Assembly (NCBI GenBank): GCA_965232515.1
Contig: CBDDPY010000002.1
Location: 3,104,001 to 3,168,000 of the forward strand
Source of the DNA: Alphaproteobacteria bacterium
GTDB lineage: Bacteria > Pseudomonadota > Alphaproteobacteria > GCA-2731375
Direction of reading: 5' to 3'
Length of the DNA stretch: 64,000 bases
Shown here: positions 46,802 to 56,092 of the stretch, piece after piece
Position numbering within the stretch: position 1 is the stretch's first letter
Layout: the number at the start of each line of letters is the position of its first letter
Notes under the pieces: generated by a model
Seen by the model: only the letters and a program-made list of their open reading frames with translations
Databases searched by the model: none
Told to the model about the DNA's origin: nothing
Made by a program: the position numbers and the translations under genes

Positions 46802-48361
46802 TTACAGTGACGCCTGCCTAATCGCGCCGGCCCGCGTCCGCACCGCGTCGAGATTGACGTCGACGGCTTCCGCGATGCGCGCGCCATACTCCTGGTCGGC
46901 GAGATAGAAGTGCGTGACCATGATCTCCTTGATTTCCGCGTTGCGGACCTGACCGAGGTCGCCCGCGAGGTTCGAGATCAGGTTCGCCCGCTGGCCTTCG
47001 TCGAGCGACCGGTAGAAGTCGCCGGCCTGCGCGAAGGGCCGCTTCTTTTCGATCGCCTGCTTCTGGGCAATGCCGCTGACCTCAAAGCGCGGCGCGACGA
47101 CATCGGGGCTGTCGGAGAAGGCGTTGTCGTTCGTCGTGCGCGACGGCTGGAAGTTCACCTCGCCACGCGGCTGACCGAAGTTCAGGCTGCCGTCCTGGTT
47201 GTTGTTGCGGACGGTGACCCGCGGCGCGTTGACCGGCAGCATCTGGTAGTTGGTGCCGACGCGATAGCGCTGGGTGTCGGCATAGCCGAACAGACGGCCT
47301 TGCAGCAGGCGGTCGGGCGAGGCCGCGATGCCCGGCACCAGCACGCCCGGCGCGAAGGCGACCTGTTCGGTCGAGGCGAAGAAGTTCTCCGGCACCTTGT
47401 TGAGCGTCATGGTCCCGATCGGCACTGTCTTGAACAGCGGATTGTCCTCGGGCCAGTCCTTGGTGGCGTCGAACGGGTTGAAGTCGAGCTTGTCGATGTC
47501 GGCCGGATCGAGGATGACGGCGTGCAGGTCCCATTGCGGATGCTTGCCGGCATTGATCTCGGTGTAGAGCGAGTCGGTGGCGAAATTGAACGGCTTGGCG
47601 TTCGCCTCCTCGGCCGTCAGGGTTTTCACGCCCTGGCGCGAGGTCCAGCGGAACTTGGCGAAGACCTGGTTGCCGTCAGCGTCGATCAACCGGAAGGCAT
47701 GCACCGAGTTGCCGTCCATGAACTGGTAGCCGGCCGGTGTGCCGAGATCGGTGTAGACCTGGGTCAACATGTGGGTCGATTCAGGGATGTGCGAGAAGAA
47801 GTCGAAGAACCGGTTCGGGTCCTGGCGGTTGGTCACTGGCGACGGCTTCAGACTGTGCACCATGTCGGGGAACTTGATGGCGTCGCGGATGAAGAACACC
47901 GGCAGGTTGTTGCCGACGAGGTCCCAGTTGCCCTGGTCGGTATAGAACTTGACGGCGAAGCCGCGCGGATCGCGCAGGCCCTCGGGCGAGCCCTTGGGAT
48001 GGATCACGGTCGAGAAGCGCACGAAGACCGGCGTCCGCTTGCCGGTCTCGGCAAAGAGCGATGCGGCCGTGTATTCCGTGATGGCCGTATCCGTGACCAC
48101 GAACGCGCCTTCGGCGCCGGTGCCGCGCGCGTGCACGACGCGCTCGGGAATGCGCTCGCGATTGAAGCGGGCGAGCTTCTCGATCAGGTGGAAGTCTTCC
48201 AGCAGCACGCCGCCGAACGAGCCGGCGGTCTTGGAGTTCTGGTTGTCGACAACCGGCGCGCCGGAATCCTGGGTCAGCGGCGGCTGATCGGCGAAGGCCG
48301 GCGCGGCCAGCGCCGAGACGCCGAGCGCGATCGCCGCCAAATGGTGCGTCTTCATGGACAT
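46802..48361 (-). CDS. katB: Monofunctional heme catalase with signal peptide (KatB-like, small subunit)
   Basis: RERIPERVVHARG, VRFSTV, GNNLPVFFIRD, RLFGYADTQRYR; N-terminal ALGVSALAAPAFA-D signal. Confidence 0.93.
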   Translation of the reverse strand: MSMKTHHLAAIALGVSALAAPAFADQPPLTQDSGAPVVDNQNSKTAGSFGGVLLEDFHLIEKLARFNRERIPERVVHARGTGAEGAFVVTDTAITEYTAASLFAETGKRTPVFVRFSTVIHPKGSPEGLRDPRGFAVKFYTDQGNWDLVGNNLPVFFIRDAIKFPDMVHSLKPSPVTNRQDPNRFFDFFSHIPESTHMLTQVYTDLGTPAGYQFMDGNSVHAFRLIDADGNQVFAKFRWTSRQGVKTLTAEEANAKPFNFATDSLYTEINAGKHPQWDLHAVILDPADIDKLDFNPFDATKDWPEDNPLFKTVPIGTMTLNKVPENFFASTEQVAFAPGVLVPGIAASPDRLLQGRLFGYADTQRYRVGTNYQMLPVNAPRVTVRNNNQDGSLNFGQPRGEVNFQPSRTTNDNAFSDSPDVVAPRFEVSGIAQKQAIEKKRPFAQAGDFYRSLDEGQRANLISNLAGDLGQVRNAEIKEIMVTHFYLADQEYGARIAEAVDVNLDAVRTRAGAIRQASL

Positions 48362-48438
48362 GTTCCTCCGAAATTCGCGATGTCGAATTGCTCAAGCCAC
48401 GACGCGAATAACGTGAGGCGCTCCGGCCAAGATTAGAA

Positions 48439-48475
48439 ATTGATTGTCAAGGGAAGAGCTATTGACGCGGCCTAT
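48439..48475. promoter_or_regulatory. Putative OxyR binding site upstream of katB
   Basis: ATTG-N7-AGGG-N7-ATTG-N7-CTAT, a partial match to the OxyR ATAG-N7-CTAT-N7-ATAG-N7-CTAT spacing. Confidence 0.5.
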
Positions 48476-48763
48476 AGCGCCGTGTTTTCAGGCACATACC
48501 AGCCGTTCAATGGGTATTGGAAGTTCCGGCGGCCGGTATCGGCCACGCATCCCTGCGCCTGCGACACGATGCCATCGGCTTCGTAGCCGGTGATTTCATC
48601 GACGACACCGGCCCCGACGACGAGATCGATTTCCTGGCGCCGACCGTGCAGGACAGGCTCTGACGCTTCGCGCCGAGAAAAGCATCTCTGATCCGCCCAT
48701 AGACATGGCGAGCAACGGACTCGCGCGGCGCTGACCGACGACGCCTGGGAATGGAGACGCACG

Positions 48764-48982
48764 ATGCACCACAAGAGGAAGGGGCCGAAATCGACGCGCG
48801 CCGGCTGCCTGATGTGCAAACCGCATAAGCGGCAGGGCGCGCCCCGCAAGTCACGCATGCGCCATAGCGCGCTGAAGGCGGTGGCCGCATATGCCGCCGA
48901 CGGTCGATCGGAAGCGTCGAGATCCGGCAATGCGAATGACCGCTGGACGTCAGGATTCGATCCCGGCGTCGGCACGGATTAG
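48764..48982 (+). CDS. Small basic hypothetical protein with CxxC-K-P-H-K motif
   Basis: GGAG RBS 7 nt upstream; MHHKRKGPKSTRAGCLMCKPHK. Confidence 0.55.
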   Translation: MHHKRKGPKSTRAGCLMCKPHKRQGAPRKSRMRHSALKAVAAYAADGRSEASRSGNANDRWTSGFDPGVGTD

Positions 48983-49068
48983 CGCATACGTCACCTGGTC
49001 TTTCGGCCGGCCCGCGGCTGGCGGGGCGGCCCGAACCGCGACAGCCGCGACCGGCGCCGCCGTTTGCG

Positions 49069-49821
49069 TCAGCCGACGAGCCGATCGGTCGCCATTGCCG
49101 CCTGATCGGAGACGACGTGGTCGAAGTCGCGCGTCATGGCGATGACGGCGCGGGCCGAGCGGCCGAACTTATCGGCTGCGGCCAGCAGGCAGCGGCAGCG
49201 CGCGGCGCGCATGGCCGCCTTCTTGACGGCGATCTTGCGCATGTCGAAATCCATGACGGCGCCGCCGTCCTCGATGCTCGAGCAGCCGATGAGCGCGTAG
49301 TCGAGCCGCAACTCGGCCAGCGCTGTCACCACCGTCTCGCCGACGAGCGACCCGTCGCCGCCGCCGAGTTGCCCGCCCAGCACGTGCACGTCGTGGGCCT
49401 GGGCGTCGAACATCGCGCCGGCGTTCATGCTGTTCGTGAACACGGTGAGGTTTTCGGTCCGGTTGAGCACGGCCGCGGCCGCCTCGATCGTGGTGCCGAC
49501 ATCGAGGAAGATGCTGGCGCCGGCCGGCACGATGGCGGCGGCCCGGCGGGCGATCGTCCGCTTGGCGTCGGTGGCGATGGTCCGCTTGTGATGATGGCCG
49601 AGCCGCACGGCGGTGTTATCGGCGCCGATGCCGGCGCCACCGTGAAAGCGTTGCAGCAGGCCGGCGGCATCGAGCGCGATGATGTCGCGCCGGACGGTCT
49701 GGGCCGAGACCTGGAAGGATTCGGCCAAACCTTCGATCGTCACGAAGCCCTGCGCCTCGACGGCCGCCAGGATTTTCCGCTGTCGATCGGTGAGAACGGC
49801 CTCGTGGATGCTGGCCGGCAT
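49069..49821 (-). CDS. DeoR/GlpR family regulator
   Basis: VSAQTVRRD, RFHGGA, FLDVGTT, FTNS, DKF. Confidence 0.93.
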   Translation of the reverse strand: MPASIHEAVLTDRQRKILAAVEAQGFVTIEGLAESFQVSAQTVRRDIIALDAAGLLQRFHGGAGIGADNTAVRLGHHHKRTIATDAKRTIARRAAAIVPAGASIFLDVGTTIEAAAAVLNRTENLTVFTNSMNAGAMFDAQAHDVHVLGGQLGGGDGSLVGETVVTALAELRLDYALIGCSSIEDGGAVMDFDMRKIAVKKAAMRAARCRCLLAAADKFGRSARAVIAMTRDFDHVVSDQAAMATDRLVG

Positions 49822-49841
49822 ATGCGGGACTCTTCTGCCGT

Positions 49842-49859
49842 TTGTAAGAAAACTTACAA
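49842..49859. promoter_or_regulatory. Putative DeoR operator
   Basis: Perfect palindrome TTGTAAG-AAAA-CTTACAA in the 80-bp divergent intergenic region. Confidence 0.7.
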
Positions 49860-49901
49860 TCCCGTACTATACCGTCTTGGTCGGAAAGTCCAGGAGGTCG
49901 C

Positions 49902-50537
49902 ATGCTGACATACTCGCCCGCCACGGGCCAATTGCGCCACGCGCCCGATCTTGTTCTCGATCCGTGGCATTGGACGTGGCACGCGACGTCGGACCCGGCG
50001 CCTGCGGACGCGGCCGAGATCTCGATGCGCGACGCCGTCGCCCAGGTGCACGCAAATGCGCGCCGGCGGCTGGTGCCGGTGGCGATCATCGGCCCCCGCG
50101 ATCCCGACCCGGCGACCCGCGCGCTGGCCGAACAAATGGGTGAAGCCGTCGGCGCGCTCGGGGTGCCGGTGCTGTGCGGCGGCAAGACCGGCGTGATGGA
50201 GGCCGCGGCCAAGGGCGCCAAACGCGCCGGCGCGCTGACCATCGGCATCGTGCCGGACAACCATTGGGCGGAAGCCAACAACTTCATCGACCTGCCGCTG
50301 GCGACCGGTCTGGGCCCGGCCCGCAACGTATTGGTGGCCCGCATGTCGCTCGCCCTGGTCGCGGTGGGCGGGCAATACGGCACCATTACCGAGGCCGCCT
50401 ACGGCCTGCATTTCCACAAACCCGTGTTCGGACTGGCGGACGCGCCGCGGATCGAGGGGGTGCGCCAGATGGACAGCGTGGACGCGGTCGGGGACGCCCT
50501 GCTGCCGATCCTGCTGCGGTTGCCGGACATGTCATAA
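49902..50537 (+). CDS. SLOG superfamily protein (TIGR00725/LOG-like Rossmann fold)
   Basis: AGGAGG RBS; VAIIG, CGGKTGVMEAAAKGA, TIGIVP, TGLGPARN, VGGQYGTITE, KPV. Confidence 0.82.
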   Translation: MLTYSPATGQLRHAPDLVLDPWHWTWHATSDPAPADAAEISMRDAVAQVHANARRRLVPVAIIGPRDPDPATRALAEQMGEAVGALGVPVLCGGKTGVMEAAAKGAKRAGALTIGIVPDNHWAEANNFIDLPLATGLGPARNVLVARMSLALVAVGGQYGTITEAAYGLHFHKPVFGLADAPRIEGVRQMDSVDAVGDALLPILLRLPDMS

Positions 50538-50580
50538 AACTTCCATGGACGCCGTATATCTGTAAGCAAGAAGACAAAGA

Positions 50581-51750
50581 ATGACAGGCGAGATGATTGA
50601 ACTCAGGGACGTCAGCCGGCGCTTCGGCGCCACCTTGGCCCTGGACGGCGTGTCGCTGGAGATCGCCGACGGCAGCTTCACGGCGCTGCTCGGCCCCTCG
50701 GGCTGCGGCAAGTCGACGACGCTCAGGATCATCGCCGGCCTGGACCAGCCATCGTCGGGCGAGATCCGCATCGGCGGCCGCGAGGTCTCACGGCTGTCGG
50801 CGGCCGAGCGCAACATCGCCATGGTCTTTCAGTCCTATGCGCTCTATCCGCACATGTCGGTGCGCGGCAACATCATGCTGCCGCTGGCGATGCGGAACAT
50901 GAACCGCCTGGAGCGCCTGCCGCTGCTCGACCGGCTGATGCCGTCGGCCCGCCGAAAAATCGCCGACCATGCCGGACAGGTGCGCGAGATCGCCGACATG
51001 CTGGATATCGGCGCGCTGTTGGACCGTAAGCCGGGCGAGCTGTCGGGCGGTCAGAAGCAGCGCGCCGCGGTGGCCCGCGCCCTGGTGCGCGACCCCGTCG
51101 CCTTTCTGCTGGACGAGCCGCTGTCCAACCTCGACGCCAAGCTGAGGGTGCAGATGCGCGGCGAGCTGGTCGAGCTGCACCGGCGCACGGGGCGGACCTT
51201 TGTCTACGTCACCCATGACCAGGCCGAGGCCATGAGCATGTCGGACCGGATCGCGGTGATGATGGACGGCCGGCTGGCCCAGGTCGGAGCGCCGCGCGAG
51301 ATCTACGAACGTCCGGCCTCGACCAGGGTGGCGGCCTTCATCGGCGACCATCCGATAAACCTGCTGACATCCGATGTCTCGAACGGCCGGCTGGAACCGC
51401 CGTTCGACGCCTTCGCCGTCGACGGCGCGGCGCCACCGGCCAAGGTCGTCGTTGGCCTGCGGCCTGAATCGCTGCGGCCGGTCGCGACCGGCCCGATCGG
51501 CGGCCAGCTCGTGCGCACCGAATATCTCGGCGCTCAGGCGATCGCCACCGTGCGCCTTTCCGATACCATTGCCATGCAGGCGGTGCTGCCGACCGAGGAG
51601 CCGCTGCAGCAGCCGGCCGACGCCCTGCGGTTCGACATCGATCCGCGCCAGGCGCACCTGTTCGACGCCGACACCGGCCAGCGACTCGACGCCACGCTGG
51701 TCCGGCGCGCGCCGATGGCGACGGCCCGGTCCGAAGGCGCCGGCCGATGA
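50581..51750 (+). CDS. UgpC/MalK-type ABC ATP-binding protein
   Basis: GPSGCGKST, VFQSYALYPH, LSGGQKQR, DEPLSNLDAKLR. Confidence 0.92.
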   Translation: MTGEMIELRDVSRRFGATLALDGVSLEIADGSFTALLGPSGCGKSTTLRIIAGLDQPSSGEIRIGGREVSRLSAAERNIAMVFQSYALYPHMSVRGNIMLPLAMRNMNRLERLPLLDRLMPSARRKIADHAGQVREIADMLDIGALLDRKPGELSGGQKQRAAVARALVRDPVAFLLDEPLSNLDAKLRVQMRGELVELHRRTGRTFVYVTHDQAEAMSMSDRIAVMMDGRLAQVGAPREIYERPASTRVAAFIGDHPINLLTSDVSNGRLEPPFDAFAVDGAAPPAKVVVGLRPESLRPVATGPIGGQLVRTEYLGAQAIATVRLSDTIAMQAVLPTEEPLQQPADALRFDIDPRQAHLFDADTGQRLDATLVRRAPMATARSEGAGR

Positions 51751-52652
51751 CGGCGCGTCTGCCGGTCGGCCTGCGGGCGGCGCTGACCGACCTCTGGCTG
51801 GTCGGGCCAGCGACGGTCGCGATGCTGATGCTGATCTTCGTGCCGGTGCTGATCGTCGCGGTGTTGTCGTTCACGGACTACCAGTTCGGCGCGCGCAGCT
51901 TCGTCTGGATCGGGCTCGACAACTACGTGACGCTGTTCACCGACCGGATCGGCCAGCGCGCGGTAATCAACACGCTGGTTTACGTGGCGATCGTGATGCC
52001 GGCCTCGATGATCCTCGCGCTGCTTGTGGCACTCGGCGTTCACGCCGTCGCCGGGTGGAGCGGCATCCTCGCCGGCTTTCTGCGCACGGCCTATTTCCTG
52101 CCGGTGGCGGCGACGCTGGTCGCCATGGCCACGGTCTGGCAGATGCTGCTGCATCCCAATCTGGGCCTCGTCAACCAGTCGCTGGCGCTGGCCGGGCTCA
52201 GCGGTCACGCCTGGCTCTCCGACCGTGGGCTGGTGCTCTACACGCTGGCGGCGATCGGCATCTGGGAGACGGTCGGCTACAACATGGTGCTGTTCCTGGC
52301 GGGGCTGGCGGCAATCCCGCGGCACCTCTACGACGCGGCCGAGGTCGACGGCGCGCGGGCCGGCTGGGAACGGTTCTGGACCGTGACCTGGCCGATGCTG
52401 GGGCCGACAACGCTGTTCGTCGTGGTGATCACGGCGACGCGCGCCTTCCGCGTGTTCGAGACCGTCGCCACCCTGACCAAGGGCGGCCCGGGCTTCGCCA
52501 GCGACACCCTGGTCTACGCCATGTACCGGGAGGGCTTCGTCTATTTCAAGGCGGGTTATTCCAGCGCCATCACCATGGTCTTTTTCGCCTTCGTGCTGGT
52601 GCTGACGCTGACGCAGATCCGCGTGCTGGAACGGCGGGTGCATTACCGATGA
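51747..52652 (+). CDS. Carbohydrate ABC permease (UgpA-like)
   Basis: WIGLDNY, YDAAEVDG (EAA motif), TKGGP. Confidence 0.9.
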   Translation: MTARLPVGLRAALTDLWLVGPATVAMLMLIFVPVLIVAVLSFTDYQFGARSFVWIGLDNYVTLFTDRIGQRAVINTLVYVAIVMPASMILALLVALGVHAVAGWSGILAGFLRTAYFLPVAATLVAMATVWQMLLHPNLGLVNQSLALAGLSGHAWLSDRGLVLYTLAAIGIWETVGYNMVLFLAGLAAIPRHLYDAAEVDGARAGWERFWTVTWPMLGPTTLFVVVITATRAFRVFETVATLTKGGPGFASDTLVYAMYREGFVYFKAGYSSAITMVFFAFVLVLTLTQIRVLERRVHYR

Positions 52653-53479
52653 GCGCGCGACGCACCGCCGGCCGGACGCTGACCACGGTTCTCCTGCTGC
52701 TGGGCGCCGGCCTGGTGCTGCTGCCGTTCGTCTGGATGATCTCGCTGTCGCTGAAACCGGCGGACGAGATCTTCGCGCCGGGCATCGACCTGCTGCCGAG
52801 CCGCATCGAATGGCGGAACTACGTCAAGGCGTTCGAGGAGGTGACGCTGCTGCAGTTCCTGCTGAACGGCGTGATCGTCTGCGGCGGCATCCTGTTTTTC
52901 CAGATCCTGATCGCCGTGCCCTGCGCCTACGCGCTGGCGCGGCGGCAGTTCTGGGCCAAGGCCCTGATCTTCGGGCTGGTGCTTGCCGGCCTGCTGGTGC
53001 CGTACCACGTGACGGCGATCCCGATCTTTCTCGGCCTCGCCGAATTCAATCTCTTGAATACCTACGCGGCGCTGATCGTTCCCTTCGTGATCTCGGTGTT
53101 CGGCATCTTTCTGTTCCGACAGTTCTTCGCCACCGTGCCGAACGATCTGATCGACGCCGCCCGCGTCGACGGCCTGAGCGAGACCGCGATCGTCTGGCGC
53201 ATCGCCTTTCCGAACGCCTGGCCGGCGGTCAGCGCATTCGCGGTGTTTTCGGTGGTCGCGCACTGGAACGACCTGTTCTGGCCGTTGATCGCGATCAGCG
53301 ATCCGGCGTTGGCGACGCCGCCGCGCGGCATCCTCTATTTCCGCGACGAGGAGGCCGGATCCGACTTCGGGCCGCTGATGGCCGCCGCCACGGTGGTGAC
53401 GGCGCCGCTGGTGCTGGGCTTTCTGCTGGCGCAGCGCCGCTTCATCCAGGGGGTGACGATGAGCGGCCTGAAGGGCTGA
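52649..53479 (+). CDS. Carbohydrate ABC permease (UgpE-like)
   Basis: Start ATG 52649 overlapping the upstream TGA; FLFRQFF, DAARVDG, HWNDLFWPL, QRRFIQG. Confidence 0.9.
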   Translation: MSARRTAGRTLTTVLLLLGAGLVLLPFVWMISLSLKPADEIFAPGIDLLPSRIEWRNYVKAFEEVTLLQFLLNGVIVCGGILFFQILIAVPCAYALARRQFWAKALIFGLVLAGLLVPYHVTAIPIFLGLAEFNLLNTYAALIVPFVISVFGIFLFRQFFATVPNDLIDAARVDGLSETAIVWRIAFPNAWPAVSAFAVFSVVAHWNDLFWPLIAISDPALATPPRGILYFRDEEAGSDFGPLMAAATVVTAPLVLGFLLAQRRFIQGVTMSGLKG

Positions 53480-53562
53480 ACCGGCAAATGAGACAAGCAA
53501 AGAGAGCGCGACAAGCGCCGGATCGACGTCAACCCGTTGAGGAGCACAACAGGAGCACAACA

Positions 53563-54825
53563 ATGAAGAAGATCATTCTTGCCGCCACGGCCTTGAGCCT
53601 CCTGGCGTTCGCGCCGGCCAAGGCCGAGGACGTAACACTGACCGTGCACTATTCGATCCCGAACCTGTGGAAGGACGTGCAGGGCAAGATCGCCGACGCC
53701 TTCATGGCCGAGAACCCCAACATCAAGATCGCCTTCGACGCGCCCGCCGAGACCTATGCCGAGGGCGTGCAGCGCCTGTTGCGCGAGTCGGTGGCGAACA
53801 ACCTGCCGGACGTCGCGTATGTCGGGTTGAACCGCTGGCGAATCCTGCAGGATCGTGGCCTCGCGGTCGAGCTGGACCCGATGATCGGTGACGCCGCCGC
53901 GTTCCAGGCCAAGGGCTACACGCCGGCCCTGCGCTCGCTCGGCCAGTACAAGGGCAAGCAATACGCGATCGCCGCCTCGGCCTCGACGCTGGTGATGTAT
54001 GTGAACCCGGATCTGGTGGCCAAGGCCGGCGGCAGCATGGATGCGTTTCCGACCGACTTCGACGGTCTGATCACGCTGGCCGCCAAGATCGACGCGCTGG
54101 GCGACACGACGGACGGCGTCTGGGTCGCGGCGCACGACTGGCGGTTCCAGAGCATGCTGGGCTCCTACGGCGGCCGGCCGATGAACGCGGACGAGACCGC
54201 GATCACCTTCGACGACAAGGCCGGCGTCAGCGCGGCGATGCTCTACTCCCGCTTCGCCAAAGAGGCCGGCATGGAAGGCTATGACGGCAACGCCGCGCGG
54301 CAGGCCTTCGCCGCCGGCACGCTCGGCATCTATATCGACAGCTCGTCGTATCTCACCCGCATGATCGAGGGCGCCGGCGACCGCTTCACGGTGACGCTGC
54401 TGCCGATCATCGTCGCGGCGCAAGACAAGAAATCCGTCTACTTCCCGACCGGCGGCTCGGCCATCGTCATGCTGACCGAAGATGCGAAAAAACAGAAGGC
54501 CGCGTGGGAGTACATCAAGTTCGCGACGGGTCCGAAGGGCGCCAAGATCGTGGTCGAGAACTCCGGCTATGCGCCGACCAACGCCATCGTCCTGGAGGAC
54601 GACCAGTATCTTGGCAAATTCTACGCCGCGAACGAAAACTCACGGCGGGCGCATGCGCAGGTCGCCGCCTATTCCGGCCCCTGGTATTCCTATCCGGGCC
54701 CCGAGGGCGTCGCCGTCACCGACCTGATCGCCGCCGGCCTGGTCGAAATCGTCGAGGGCGCCGAGCCCGAGGCCAAAATCAAGCAGGTCGCCGACGAGGT
54801 GCGGCAGAAGTTGAAGATGAACTGA
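53563..54825 (+). CDS. ABC substrate-binding protein (UgpB-like)
   Basis: Signal MKKIILAATALSLLAFAPAKA-E; LPDVA, STLVMYVN, PTGGSA, AAWEYIKF, SGYAP. Confidence 0.9.
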   Translation: MKKIILAATALSLLAFAPAKAEDVTLTVHYSIPNLWKDVQGKIADAFMAENPNIKIAFDAPAETYAEGVQRLLRESVANNLPDVAYVGLNRWRILQDRGLAVELDPMIGDAAAFQAKGYTPALRSLGQYKGKQYAIAASASTLVMYVNPDLVAKAGGSMDAFPTDFDGLITLAAKIDALGDTTDGVWVAAHDWRFQSMLGSYGGRPMNADETAITFDDKAGVSAAMLYSRFAKEAGMEGYDGNAARQAFAAGTLGIYIDSSSYLTRMIEGAGDRFTVTLLPIIVAAQDKKSVYFPTGGSAIVMLTEDAKKQKAAWEYIKFATGPKGAKIVVENSGYAPTNAIVLEDDQYLGKFYAANENSRRAHAQVAAYSGPWYSYPGPEGVAVTDLIAAGLVEIVEGAEPEAKIKQVADEVRQKLKMN

Positions 54826-54833
54826 CGGTTATT

Positions 54834-54868
54834 GGCGCGCGGGGCCGGATCGGCTCCGGCCTCGCGCG
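54834..54868. terminator. Stem-loop between convergent genes
   Basis: GGCGCGCGGGGCCGGA-loop-TCCGGCCTCGCGCGCC; weak U-tract. Confidence 0.55.
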
Positions 54869-54895
54869 CCGCCATCTCTCCTTGCCTGCCGCCGC

Positions 54896-56068
54896 CTATC
54901 CGACCCGCACGACTGGTGGCTTTTTGAACAGCAGATAGTCGCCAATTCCGGTGCCCTGCCGATAAAGCGCCCGGCCGAGCGCGAGCTGGCCAGGCTCCCA
55001 TTGCCGAAGCGCCGTATCGACATCGTCGGGCGACGCGGCGAGCGCGTCCGCGAGCGCCAACGCATTGGCGGCCGCCTTCGAAGTGCTGGCGGCCGTGTGC
55101 GGGCGCGGGATGAAGGCGGCGTCGCCCAGCAGGATCACCCGGCCCTTGACCATGCTATCGACCGTCAAGTCGCGGATGGCCTGTGCAAACGGCTCAGGTG
55201 TCGCCTGGACGATGTCGCGGAACGGCGGCGGCAGCAGGTCGTCGGCTTCCTCGTAGACATTCTGCCGCCAGCGGGGCGCGAGCATGCCTTCGGGCATGGC
55301 GAAGCCGCGGTCTCGACCGTCCATGTCGATCATGATGTCGCGCAGCCGGTCTTCGCCGGCGGTGCGGTACCAGACCCAATTGTAGTAGCGCTTGCCCGCG
55401 CGCGTGTCGTTGCCGTCGCCGGGCACGAGATAGCCGAGAATGTGCGAGCCGGTGTTGTTGGCGAAGCCAAAATCGCCATGTAGACCGTCGCGCGCGGTGT
55501 CCGGCATCGCGGACTCCGGCACCAGGCCGCGCCAGGCGAGATAGCCCGCGTAGCTTGGCGTTGCCTCGGACCAAAGCAGCCGCCGCACGGTCGAGTTGTT
55601 GCCGTCGGCCCCGATCAACAGATCGCCAGTCGCTTCCGAGCCGTCGTCGAATAGGGCCGTTACCGTTCCGGCGGCATCGTCCTGATGCACGTCGACGAGC
55701 GTCCTGCCCTGGTGGTAATGCACGTCGCCGAAGGCCCGCTTCATGGTCGTGTAGATCAGCGACCAGGAGGTCTGGGTCTGCGGCGCGCGCTGTTTGCTCT
55801 CGATTGCGCCGTCGGGGCGAAAGACCGTGCGATGGCGCGAGCGCACGCCGAGGTCCATCTGTGTGGCATCGATGCCGGCGCGGCGGAAGACCTCCACCAC
55901 GTCGGGTTGCAGCACGATGCCGCCGCCCCGGCTGTCGAGGTCATGCGGCGAGCGTTCGTAGATGTCGACGTCCCAGCCGATGGCTTTCAGCATGTTGCCG
56001 GCGAACAGGCCGCCGAGCGAGCCGCCGATCACGATGGCGCGGCTGCGAATGCCGGTTCTGACTGTCAT
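54896..56068 (-). CDS. FAD-dependent monooxygenase (2,6-dihydroxypyridine hydroxylase-like, group A)
   Basis: GGSLGG, RGGGI, GADG, YLAWRG, YNWVWY, GDAAF, PRPHTAASTSKA; start ATG 56068 after GAGGA. Confidence 0.87.
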   Translation of the reverse strand: MTVRTGIRSRAIVIGGSLGGLFAGNMLKAIGWDVDIYERSPHDLDSRGGGIVLQPDVVEVFRRAGIDATQMDLGVRSRHRTVFRPDGAIESKQRAPQTQTSWSLIYTTMKRAFGDVHYHQGRTLVDVHQDDAAGTVTALFDDGSEATGDLLIGADGNNSTVRRLLWSEATPSYAGYLAWRGLVPESAMPDTARDGLHGDFGFANNTGSHILGYLVPGDGNDTRAGKRYYNWVWYRTAGEDRLRDIMIDMDGRDRGFAMPEGMLAPRWRQNVYEEADDLLPPPFRDIVQATPEPFAQAIRDLTVDSMVKGRVILLGDAAFIPRPHTAASTSKAAANALALADALAASPDDVDTALRQWEPGQLALGRALYRQGTGIGDYLLFKKPPVVRVG

Positions 56069-56092
56069 GACCAAGTCCTCTATGCCGCCGGT

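Noticed and set aside
48517-48663. 48-codon TTG-start ORF or gene remnant upstream of katB
   Set aside because: No RBS and no recognisable motif; codon usage is only suggestive
49902-50537. SLOG protein as an anti-phage (Thoeris-like) component
   Set aside because: No TIR, SIR2 or other effector nearby; the context is a transporter operon with a metabolic repressor
51374-54825. Apparent 701-aa and 671-aa fusion proteins in the ABC operon
   Set aside because: These are upstream open-frame extensions over neighbouring genes; the real starts are 52649 and 53563
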